Origin: Antedon mediterranea
Lineage: Eukaryota > Animalia > Echinodermata
Direction of reading: 5' to 3'
DNA: 64,000 nucleotides
Assembly: GCF_964355755.1 (NCBI RefSeq)
Contig: NC_092679.1
Span: forward strand, 2,634,201-2,698,200
Shown here: piece after piece, positions 1-11,108 of the stretch
Layout of the letters: each line of letters opens with the position of its first letter
Numbering within the stretch: position 1 is the stretch's first letter
Program-made: the position numbers and the translations under genes
Notes under the pieces: generated by a model
The model's database searches: none
Seen by the model: the letters and a program-made list of their open reading frames with translations, nothing else
What the model was told of the DNA's origin: nothing

Positions 1-308
1 AACATTTTGGATATACTTGGCCACCTTCCAGAATTTAAACAGCATATGCTTAGCTTGGAAAATATATTATTTCAGTCAACAAGTTTTTTAGACTTATATA
101 TTTCACACAACTTATTACAACATTTATATTTTTATTTGGCATTTAAATAATATTGACATAGAAGAACAGAAGTATCAGTTATAATATTGATTGTAGCAAC
201 AGTTTCCCTGGCAAAGCACCTAGCCTTGGTTCCGCTTTACTCTGGCCCAAAGCGTAGCGACTTCCACCTTCAATTTGATTGTGTTAAATCTACTTCTGAA
301 TGTAACTA

Positions 309-3300
309 TTATCTTGAGGTATTAACCTGCAAAAAAAACAAAAAACAACCCAATTTTATCAAAGTTTCATGCATATAAAAGTTATGAGCAGTTTGTCTAA
401 GCGCAGAGCAACCGAGTATACTTACGATATCGTCAATTTTCATGATACTTCTGACTGTTTCTGAAGCGAGTTGAATTGCACTGATGGACACTAGGACAGG
501 CTGGACAACGTTTTCATCAAGAATGTTCGTAATAGCCCCCTGAAACACAAACAAATCTTGGTATTTATTTAACACTAACCAAAGGGAGACTTTGAATAGG
601 TAATTTTTAGTTTGAAAAAAGTTAACACTTTCGTAGGGAAAAAACCTCAAAAAATGTTTTCACTTATAAAATGACAAAATAAATGGTTAAATTCAGACAA
701 AAATCTATTTTTTTTCGGAGGGAAAATATATCTTTAACATGAATGTGGTGCATCAGTGGTTCCTTGGGGATCTTCATTGTCAAAGATGACTTGGGGTTGG
801 ATTGAGTATGCATCATTTGCACAACATATTCATCTATACATCCCATTTGATTAATAATTTGATTATTACTGACCTTTCTAACATTGATACCAGCGGCCGT
901 TTCTCCATGGGCATGCCTATTCCTAAGATCTGTGACGACCGATATGGGATTCAATCCAGCATTCTCTGCCAGGGTCGACGGAATCACTTCCATAGCTTCT
1001 GCAAAAGCTCTAATACAATATGCTTCTAATCCCGACAGGCTTCTTGAGTACTCCATCAAACGGTAGGCAACTTCAATCTCCGGTGCTCCACCTCCTGCGA
1101 TCAATGCCCTGTTCTTGACAAGACATCGGATGACACAGAGAGCATCATGGATGGATCTCTCGGCCTCTTCCATAACCAGTTTATTGGAACCTCTTACTAA
1201 CACTGTGACAGTCTTGCCTGGATTAGCAGCACCTGTGACCTGTAAGAAAACAAATCCAACATCTTCTAAATCTATGATTTAATACCAGGATTAAGAGGAT
1301 ATAGGTGTACATTCTAGCAATAGCAAGTTTTTGCTTCAGGATAATAGAAAAAGGTTGATAAATAGATTACAAATGGAACGGTTTATACTGGCCTCATGCA
1401 CATATAATATTTTGTATCCTTCCGTCTACAATACCAACATCATATCAACACCATATTTAAGCATACCACTACCATATTTGGGCACATCAAACTAGTTTGA
1501 TAGTGTAGACGAAGCTTAAGCCTCGGAATTGTGCATCAGTGGTTCCTTGGGTAATCCACATTGTCTCCCCAAAAAGAAGAACTGAGATTTCGATTGAATA
1601 TGCATCATTTGCACAATATATTGTATCATTTATCTGTACAGCCATTCATTAATTTTACCTTAACAGCTTTGCTTGTGCCTGCAACAACCTCCTCTACTAA
1701 CTCAGCTTGAGCGAGCATATCAGGTTGGAAGTGATCAATGCTAGCAATCGGCTTGCAACCAATACTCTGAAAAAAGTAAAGTGAAAGGTGGTTAACATGC
1801 ATGCCTTATAATCCCGAGGGCATAGGTTCAAATCTGGCTCTGACCATTCAAAGCAATAGTAATTATACACATGTTTAATAATAGACTTATTGTGCATCAG
1901 TGGTTCCTTGGGGGATCGTCATTGCCTCCGTATTACAAAGTACTTGGAGTTGGATAGAGTATGCATCATTTGCACAAGCTATTAAGAACGTCAAAAAGAC
2001 CCAAAATGGTAACACACGCATACCTTGCAAATGAATTCAATTTCAGAGCGTTCAATATCCTTGATTACCATGATCTTCATCTTGGCAAGGAAATGGAGTG
2101 CTAGGTCGTTGACTGCATCCCTGTTAAAACAAATGTCAAAGATCATTATACTGTCAACTCTCCCAATATTGGACACCTTTGGGCTGGCCCAATATGTCTG
2201 GTTTTTCGGAAAGTCTGGTATTTGAAATGCGTTTCTAATGGTAAAATCAATTTGGGACCTTTTTGATCTCAAGACAAGTGTCTGGTTTTTGAGTTTTCAC
2301 ACCAGTCCACTGTAAAAGTTATATAGGAAGACTGCAGTCATGTAGACAGTTTAGAAATCAAGCTGCTATAAAAACACTAACCTGAGTATAGATTTCTGAA
2401 TGAGCAGAACATTACATCCCGCTTTCTTGATTTTCTTGACGAGGTCCAAGATGTATGCACGCTCTTCGCGCAGAATTCTGTCCATTTGAGTGTAGTCGCT
2501 CACAACAACTTGGTTGTCCATCTATACATTATAAAAAAAAAGTGATAATTATTTGCTTTATAGACGACAAGAAATACATTTAACTTGCATAGAAGATACA
2601 ACGAACAACCAACATGTCATCTTGTTTTTCTGTCTGTATAATGAATTATATTTTTTTATCGCTGTTTGGTTTGGAGTGAAATAAAAAAATAGCAAAATCA
2701 GTATTTAATGTTAAGAGCAGGTTCATGATAACTCACATCTGTTTTTGGTGGAGATAGACAAAATTGAATAAGACCAATCTTGGCTTTCTCTACTTTTGAT
2801 GGTCCTCCAGTTCCAGCTGGTCTCTGGGTGAACACAAGTCCATCAACAAGTTCTGTATCTTCAATTGTTCCACTAAAAAAATGATATATATATAACTATA
2901 GTGAGATTGTGGTTTGAATCCAACTTTTATCACATTGCTTAGATGTTTCCTTACGTGTTTGATCAACAAAAAAATGACCGCGTAGTAATGTGCAGCGAAT
3001 TGAGAGCTTGCTTATATGCGCTATATAAGAATGAACTATTATTAATATAACTATAATTGGAAATTTGACATGACTTTACAGTATCCGAAATACAATATAA
3101 TAAAATCCCAAAAAACCTTACCCTAATTTTTGTATTAATTTCACATCATTTAGATCAACATTAGTTGCCGTTGCAGGGTCTATAACACGTAGAACAGCGT
3201 CCACTGATATGGGAGCCAACAAGTTGGAATATTGTGAAACAACCTAGAGATGTAAAAACAAGAGAACAGGGGTTTTTACGGAATAATCACATTCAGCTTT

Positions 3301-5538
3301 TATACCAGCTTTAATTATGTGAATGATAGGAGACTGCATACTACCTGTACCCTTGGGTAGTCCCTAATGCTTGGTTCCCACTAAAGACGCAACACAAGGA
3401 CGAAACGCAATGCAAGTGAGTTGACCAATCACAAGCGATAGATTATTCGAACTGTTGCTCGTCATTGGTCAACACGCTTACATTTGCATTGCGTCCTAGT
3501 GGGAACCAAGCTTAACAAGTTACTCAAAATTAAACCATCATTTACATGTTGTGCATCAGAACAAAAACAATCTGCACATTCCACTGGGGGAACTAGGCGT
3601 TGGATCTTGTTTTAATCATCATTTTGCACATTTCATTCACCAAAATTAAATTAAATCAAATTTTTTCTTACTTACTCCCAGTACGTACTACTCTTAGTTT
3701 AACAATAAAGGCAGCAAAGTCAACCCAATGTTATGTACACAAATTTGTGCAATAGAGTGGGGTGTTCCATGAACTTTTAATATTTCCTATCTAAGCCCTC
3801 CCAGTGTAGAGCATGGGCTACTGTCAGTTTATCCAGGTAAGCTAGGCACGAAAAAGACAACTACAAGTTATACCTTTGAACTAAGTGATGTCGTTGCGCT
3901 TTGAAGAAGTGCTTCTCTGTTATCAAGATCAAGTGGAATTGACATATTGTTGAGGATTTCTACAGCCTTGGTCGATGCGTGTTGGAAAGATTCAGATATT
4001 GTGGTGGGATGGATACCTGTAAACAAAAAATAAATGGATAGATATTATTTTCTTATTATCAACATTTACAGTAGCATCACTAATGTCACTCCAAAATATT
4101 GTGTACACTTAAAAGTAGCATTAATCTAAATGCCAACTTGGTGTCAATGGCTAACAGATGCCTCTAGGTAGACGGTTACCTGAACCAGTACCAGTTTTGG
4201 ACTTACATAAATGTCTTAAATTGAATTGAAAATGTGTAGCTGGTTCAATTCCGGCAGATGATGTTTTTAAACAAAATTATTGTATTTATTGTGCATCAGA
4301 ATATTTTATTAATCTGCACATTCCACTAGTGGGAACTAGGCGTTGGATCTTGTTTTATTCATCATTTTGCACATCAAATCAGTTTAATATTTTCGTAGAG
4401 CTAAAGTGATAGAAAGGAAAAATACCTTTCTGTAACAGTTTAGAAGCAGCATCCAGTAAGCTGCCTGCGATGATTACAACAGAGGTAGTGCCATCCCCAG
4501 CTTCTATGTCTTGTGCTTTGGACAGCTCAACCAACTGAAAAATTAGACACACATACATGACATAGTACAGTACTGTAATATATATAAAAAAACAAATGAA
4601 GTGAGAATATTTAAAGTGCGTTTAAAAAGCATTGGTAACATTTTAAAAGCAACATGTTGGGACTGCGCAAACAAACAAAACTTAATATTGCTGCCTTGAC
4701 CGTACTACTAACTCACCATTTTAGCTGCTGGATGCAAAACCTGCATTTGCTTCAGGATGGTGGCACCATCATTTGTGATTGTAACATCGCCTTTGGCATT
4801 CTGGATCTGAAAAATTGAAACGCAACATTTTTGGCTCGGTTTTGATTTTAATCGATTTAAGAGAACAGGAGTGCTAGTGCAATTTAACAATTGTGTTTGT
4901 TTTACTTTTATTTTTAGAAACAATATTTTATACAAACAATAACAGGAATTTGGGCAGTTTATTATTGTGATGGGAATTATAGGTTAATTTTGTTGGATGT
5001 AGTACGTTATGCTGCTCTCTAGACTAGCGATCAATTATTTTTTAAATTAAATGATCTTGTTTGTTTTTACCATTTTATCCATTCCTTTAGGTCCTAAACT
5101 TGTCCTGACTGCATCTGCAACAGCTATAAAAAAAGGAATACAAAGAAATCAACATATACTGCCATACACATGTATAACAGATGGAGAAGACATTACTTAC
5201 ACTTCTCTTCATTCGCACAAAATTCAATTATAAAAATTAAAAACACAAATGAGCTAGCCTAGGCCTAGCCCATTTTAGCAACAAAAAAAAACACGTTGTT
5301 GGCTAGGCCACAAATTCAAAGAAAACTCTTTTTTACTAGTTACATATTGCACGATTTAGTAAGCGTAGGCCTATAATACCGCAAGCTATCCTACCCAGCC
5401 ACCAGGCCCAACCCTGCACCGATACCCGGCTTCATCACACTTACCTTTGGCTGCGCCGATGTTACTATTTCGAATTTGGGTCGGTTTTTCTTTATCGTGA
5501 AAATTACGACCCTTACTTGCTTTCGCTTGTCCAGGCAT
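309..5538 (-). CDS. CCT4: T-complex protein 1 subunit delta (chaperonin CCT-delta), 13 exons, 529 aa
   Basis: Exons 5445-5538, 5071-5123, 4717-4806, 4426-4534, 3874-4016, 3122-3243, 2737-2872, 2382-2521, 2024-2120, 1659-1766, 874-1239, 426-539, 309-326; all GT-AG, total 1590 nt. Motifs [49 protein letters not shown]; N-terminal DKEKPTQIR and the C-terminus are delta-type. Confidence 0.96.
748..822 (-). ncRNA. Intronic C/D-box snoRNA, SNORD42/U42-like (copy 1)
   Basis: Minus strand GTGCAA-ATGATGC...ATGAAGA(C')...CCCCAAGGAACCA-CTGA-TGCAC with terminal stem; sense to CCT4 in intron 540-873. Guide AAGGAACCA+CTGA matches the 3' end of vertebrate SNORD42 as recalled and is complementary to 18S TGGTTCCTT. 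Confidence 0.85.
1531..1614 (-). ncRNA. Intronic C/D-box snoRNA, SNORD42/U42-like (copy 2)
   Basis: Same termini, box C, guide CCCAAGGAACCA and box D as copy 1 with a diverged middle; lies in CCT4 intron 1240-1658. Confidence 0.83.
1788..1846 (+). repeat. tRNA-derived SINE head fragment
   Basis: GGTGGTTAA...GGTTCAAATCTGGC with A/B-box spacing; resembles 31871-31933; no complete cloverleaf. Confidence 0.4.
1892..1975 (-). ncRNA. Intronic C/D-box snoRNA, SNORD42/U42-like (copy 3)
   Basis: Same termini, boxes and guide; C' box ATGACGA; lies in CCT4 intron 1767-2023. Confidence 0.85.
3368..3512. mobile_element. PIF/Harbinger-type MITE (family B)
   Basis: TIR GCTTGGTTCCCACTA / TAGTGGGAACCAAGC flanked by TAA on both sides; related partial copy at ~21803-21943. 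Confidence 0.75.
3551..3629 (-). ncRNA. Intronic C/D-box snoRNA, second family (guide CAAGATCCAAC, SNORD19-like target), copy 1
   Basis: GTGCAAA-ATGATGA (perfect box C)...AAAACAAGATCCAACGCCTAG...CTGA-TGCAC in CCT4 intron 3244-3873; guide complementary to the 18S motif GTTGGATCTTG. Confidence 0.82.
4291..4372 (-). ncRNA. Intronic C/D-box snoRNA, second family, copy 2
   Basis: Paralogue of 3551-3629 in CCT4 intron 4017-4425; boxes, stem and 5' guide conserved, region upstream of box D diverged. Confidence 0.82.
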
Positions 5539-5882
5539 CTTTAATAATTTAAACTAATATATTTTTACCAATATATAAAAAAGGATGTTTTAGATAGATG
5601 CCGATTTCAATGCTAATAATCCACCGAAATCATGCAAACCAAATGAGCGAACATGCCAGAAGACAAAATCATTTTTTTATATATGCAATATATTAATGAA
5701 AATGAATGTTAAGAGGTTAGCCGTAAAACCTAACAAAATATAAATATTATTTCAAATATTTATTTTTTTCTAACGGTATATGTAGATTTTGTATAAAAAA
5801 TAAATAATTTTATCCTATTTTAAAAAATAGTGACAAAGCCTAACATTTTGAAATTTTGCTCTGCCATATTGTAAACATTATC
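5539..5882. promoter_or_regulatory. Bidirectional promoter region CCT4/FAM161
   Basis: Only 344 bp separate the two divergent ATGs (5538 and 5883). Confidence 0.7.
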
Positions 5883-8800
5883 ATGGCAACTGGGCACAGC
5901 CTATCTGTCGTAACAAATTCATGTATTAAAACACCACTAAACCCAAAAACTAAACTTTCAGCAACATTAAATGAAAGAGAAGACAGTTTGTATCAAAGTT
6001 GGGGTACACACAATGGAACAAGAGGTATCATCGAACGGAGCCCAGACAAATACTCACCTCGATCTCCGGATGTTGATTTCTCGACTGCAGATGGTATGAT
6101 AAACAGTCTAACAAATGACTTGGGAAATTTAAGTGATTCCGAGTTTTATACTAAGTTAACTGAGTTAAGACAGGAGCATAGGCGTACACTTGGTATATTT
6201 GAATCTTTGTACAACGAACAATTGCATGAACAATACGATTATAACAATGATTATAATCACGAATTTGATGATTTCCAAAAATCGCCAGCACCTTCTTTCA
6301 GCCGTGGTCATCCAGTGTATGTTGGTGATCATGAGCTTCATCATATTGATGATGAAATTGAAGCATTTAATAAAAGCCAACCATCATGGTCAGCACTAAA
6401 AGACAATGTGAGAGATATGTCGTCAGGGAAACCTCCAACTGGCCGCTCACGGTCAGCATGGTCAGGGAGAAGTTCCCAGAAACAAAAACTACATCGAACT
6501 GGTAGTGTATCTGGCGATGATGGCACCAGGACGCCTTCTCTGAGTTCTAGTCGAAATCTTAGCAGAAGTTACGAAAGTCTGACTTCATCAGCCACAAATT
6601 CTAGGCGTCACTCAAGATCAAGTACACCAGTGGCCGTAGTTGAGGACATGTGGGAAGATTTTTCATTGGATAATTACATGCCACGGCCACGCAGTGTTAA
6701 TTCTTCATCCAGGTCATCGTCATCAACAAAGAAAAAAGATTGGTCACCAAAGATAACAATACCTCAACCCTTTAAGATGACGATGCGTGAAACCTGCAAA
6801 AAAAGAGCTAAATCAAGAACGTTGTTGGAACATGAGCAAGAAGAACTAGAAAGAGAGAAGCAGCTTGAGGCAGAATGCAGCCAGAGGTTTACAGCAGCAC
6901 CCGTACCTGGACATACTTATCTACCTCTATTTGATGAAATTATGGAAAGACAAGAAGAAAGAAGGCGGAAGAACCAAGAATTAAGCCAAGAAATCTTAAA
7001 ATCAACAGAAAAACCATTTGCATTCATTAAAAGAGAAACACAGAAAAAACAAAATCAACAAAAACCATTCAAAGCTATTGCCCCAAAACCTAAAAAGCAA
7101 CAATTTAAGGCAAAACCAACACCAAAAGAAATGTTAGACTCTTCTATTGATGAGAAGATCGCCGAAGAGGAGGAATATCGCAAAATCCGTATCAAGATGC
7201 GTGCAGAGGAACTTCTTAGACAATCATCACTACCTCCAAATATGCAGATAAAAGGTAAAGAATACACAGATGGAAAGATGCGGCAAAAGATGTACAAGAA
7301 GCGTGCAAAGAATGCCTTCTTAACTGATGAGCATAAATTCCATCCAAACATCAATGGTGGAGATGTGCCTGACTACGAGGAATTGCATTGGAAATTTAAA
7401 CTGAAATTAGACAGAGAAAAGCAAGTTAAAGAGCCAACAGTTGTTGAACCATTTAACCTAAGAACAGCGAGAATACCATCAAAAAAAGAGAAAATATTAG
7501 AGGACATTTCAAAAGATGAGGAGACTCTGACGGAGCAGAGATGGCCATATATGAGCTCAAGATCCAGTATGAAGTTCTGCCATGGCAGCATAAACATTCC
7601 AGATGATGCTATTCCAACTAAGACTACCCATACAGCATCATTGCGAGATTCCTTAAAACAGAGAAGAAAAGAAGAAGATACGAAGAAGAGGCAGGAGATT
7701 TTGGAAAAGGAGAAAGAGAAGCAAATGCGGGAACGGAAACTTAAAAAGTTTATAGCAGAAAAAGCTCTTGCTAATGACAACTCAACTACATTGGAATCTA
7801 CTCAGAAAGACAAACTACGCAGGCATAGGTTTGTTTACAATATATCAACTTTTAGGCCTACTAATATCTTGTCTAGGTTCTAAAGGGATGGTGCGTGCCA
7901 TATGTGTACTTGAGCTGGATAGGGCTGCCATTAATAATTTGAAAAAAATAATGAATGGATGAACAATAACTAAACTCAAGTTTAAAGCTCTATCTACGCC
8001 GGTCTACACTATCAAACTAGTTTTACCAAAAAAAATGTGCCCAAATATGGTTGTGATATGACATCATCATGTCCATATATGGTCAGAAAATTACTTAATA
8101 TTTTGTCTGGTTACATGGTATTAATATTTTATTGATCGAGTGATGAAATTATTTTTTCAGGGAGGCTGATAGAGCAAGACGAGAAGAGTATGAGCAGGAA
8201 GTCCGAGAGATGATGAGTAGAGTGGAGAATCGTCCATTGCTCTTTGAACGTGAATCTCAGGTTTGTATCTCAACATTACATTACAAAATCATCTTAAATT
8301 TGTGTGAATGTTTAAAGATAAAAAGCTGTGGACAGATGTTAAATTAAAATATATTGCAGTATCTGTTTAATATATATTATAAAAGAATTCTCATCTAAAT
8401 TAGGTAAATAAAATTTATGTTTTTGTTGTTTCCTATTACACTTCCAGTCATAAAATGAATACAAGACTATACATATAATTGTATAAAGCATTGTCTACAC
8501 TATAAAACTTTATGTGACAAAAAAATGTGATGTGCCCATATTTGGGAATATCACTACCATATTTGGGCACATCACACTTTTTTGTCAAACTAGTTTAATA
8601 GTGTAGACAGAACTTTAGCAAAATTAAATTATATGAATTTATAATCTTGCTCCTCTTCTATCATTATTTTATGTATACCTGTAATTAAAGCTATGTATTG
8701 ATCCCATGAATATAACACTACACCAAATCTATAATGCATCGCATTATGTCTCGTTAAGTTATTCCGCGAAGATCTACAGATTAAAGATGTACTCCCCAGA

Positions 8801-10043
8801 GATGTGATTTTGCTGGGTAGTAGATATGAGAAAGGTTAACAACATCCTGGTCTTCTACCGGGCTCACACTATATCATATTTTAGATTCGTACAAGCAACC
8901 TAAGTTTATACTAAAGGCCCATTTAACACTAGGACAATAAATATATAAATATGCATTTTCATACATAAAACAAAAAAAATCTAGGTTTTCTTTCTAGAGT
9001 ACAAGATAACCATTTATGCTTCCTTTGATAAAAATGGAAAATATTTTCACACGTCGTTTAATAAGGAAATTAATTTTTTCCATATTATTTTATTTCCAAA
9101 ATTATTTTTTTTTCATTTCCAAAGGCACTCCAACTTTGGAGATGTATCTGAGTGTTCACATTTTTCACACCATAAAACTATCCATTTTGTAGACATACAG
9201 CGTTGTAAATTACCACTATCGCAATTGTATACAAAAGAGTATTAATTAAGCGTGTGTACTGTACATGCATATTAGATGATCGTAAGGTCATTTAAATTAA
9301 GTAGCCTAAGGTGAAGTAAGTTTACTATATCACACTGAGATGAGGTTAATGAGAAGAGACATTGCATGGCTTAATTAATGAGTTTATTATGAATTTGTTA
9401 CTTGCAAACGAATGGCTTTACATTCTGTCTGTTGTACTGACAGTATATACAACTGTGATCATGTGAACACTATTATACTGTACAGTCAACTCTCCAAACA
9501 CTGGACTCTCAAAACCAGAAATTCTCCTAAAACTAGACTTTTTTTTTAGGTTCGAAAGGTCCCAAATTCTTTGTTATCATTAAAAACACTTTCCAGAAAA
9601 CCAGACATATTAGGCCAGCCCAAAGGTGTCCGGTATTGGGAGAGTTGACTACTACAATGTGTACAGTATTATCAAGTAAATACTTTATATTGATTTTAAT
9701 TTCATAACAGGTGAATGCTAAGAAAAAAGCTGAACGAAAATACCAGCAAGCTCTTCTAGATGCCGGCATAGAGGAGGACTTTCTTTTACGTAAAAGTCGT
9801 GGAAAGGTTTCACCAGTACACGTGAATGGCATCGATTCCAATGATGATTACGACAACGATGCCAATGATGATTACAATTATTCGTTTGAACAAGATGTAG
9901 AATCGCGGGATGAATCTAGGTACGATAGCTATCAAAAAACGCGTTCGCACGGGTCTAATGACGGGTTATCTGATGGAGACCGAACAGAAAGTTCAATCCA
10001 TTCTGAGTATGAAGAAGACGGAGAAACAAATGGCAATATATGA
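5883..10043 (+). CDS. FAM161A: FAM161A/B family ciliary/centriolar microtubule-binding protein, 3 coding exons, 792 aa
   Basis: Exons 5883-7828, 8161-8260, 9711-10043 (2379 nt). UPF0564-type motifs WSPKITIPQPFKMTMRE, FTAAPVP..YLPLFDEIME, EEEEYRKIRIKMRAEELLRQSSLP, TVVEPFNLRT, RPLLFERESQ. Best regarded as the pro-orthologue of vertebrate FAM161A and FAM161B. Confidence 0.9.
8487..8614. mobile_element. PIF/Harbinger-type MITE (family A)
   Basis: TIR consensus AGCTCTGTCTACACTATCAAACT, TAA/TTA flanks, internal ACTACCATATTTGGGCACATC repeats. Confidence 0.8.
9483..9650. mobile_element. Tc1/pogo-like MITE
   Basis: TA-CAGTCAACTCTCC ... GGAGAGTTGACT inverted termini; related copies at ~2150-2315 and possibly ~32905-33000. 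Confidence 0.6.
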
Positions 10044-10956
10044 TGGAAGATATGAATTATTTAATGTAGTACAGTACTTAATGTGAATATGCTTGGTGTG
10101 ATGGATTTTTATTGGATATATTGTTGGTGGGAGACATGTGCTTGTGTTAAGATAATGAGGCTATATTTATATTTCAATGCGGAGGGACATATGTATTGTT
10201 TAGGATCGGTGTTGGACCCTGATGCTTTATAATATTGTATATAAATTATTTGACAACGTCCATGGGTAGGCTTTATTATTGTTTTAATGAATTTCAAAGT
10301 ACTAATGTCAATTATTGTGAATGTAATATTGGACTCTACATCATAGAAATTCTAATATCTGCTCCATGACTTTATTCTTAAATGTGTATATACAGTAGGT
10401 TACGTACTAGCATATTAAACAAATGGATTGTAGAAGGACAAACCAAAAACTGGGAGAATAGACAAATTTTGGCAACTGAATTTAATGTAATTTATTTATT
10501 TTTTGCATGAAATAATTAAAGAATAAAAATGCACACCATGTAAAGTGTTATGATCTGTCTACACCATCAAACAAATTTGACAAAAAAAGTGTAATGTGGC
10601 CAAATATGGTGGTGATATACCCAAATACGGTAGAAGCAGGGAGTTGTACAACTCCCTGGTAGAAGTTTGATAGTGTGGACAGAGCTTTAGTGTGTGTCAA
10701 TGTAATTTTAAATTATTTTTTTGTTTTCCAACTGCTGATACAAGCGTAAATACTAATAAAAACATTATGCAGTTTGTTCTTTGTTATCTCACAAAATACA
10801 ATTTTGACCATGTTATTAAATGCAATTACAAAGTGAAAGTAGACTGTGTATGTAATGTTATCTTGTGGTGTGGTGAATGTTCTTTATGTTTATATTAAAT
10901 ACTATACAGCTAGCATTAATATTGAACATTCTGTTGTTTGTACTATGGCTATCTTA

Positions 10957-11108
10957 AGCTCTGTATCAAACTAGTTTGACAAAAAAAGTGATGTGCTCAA
11001 ATATGGTAGTGATATGTCCAAATATGCTGATGATATTAAATCATCATGTTCAGATATAGGCACATCACATTTTTTTGTCACATAAAGTTTGATAGTGTAG
11101 ACAGGGCT
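10957..11108. mobile_element. MITE family A copy (neighbouring partial copies at ~10555-10686 and ~11205-11330)
   Basis: Same TIRs and internal sequence as 8487-8614. Confidence 0.78.

Noticed and set aside
6165-7780. Antisense and alternate-frame ORFs within FAM161 exon 1 (similar ones in CCT4, XPO1 and the retrotransposon)
   Set aside because: Shadow ORFs of real coding sequence.
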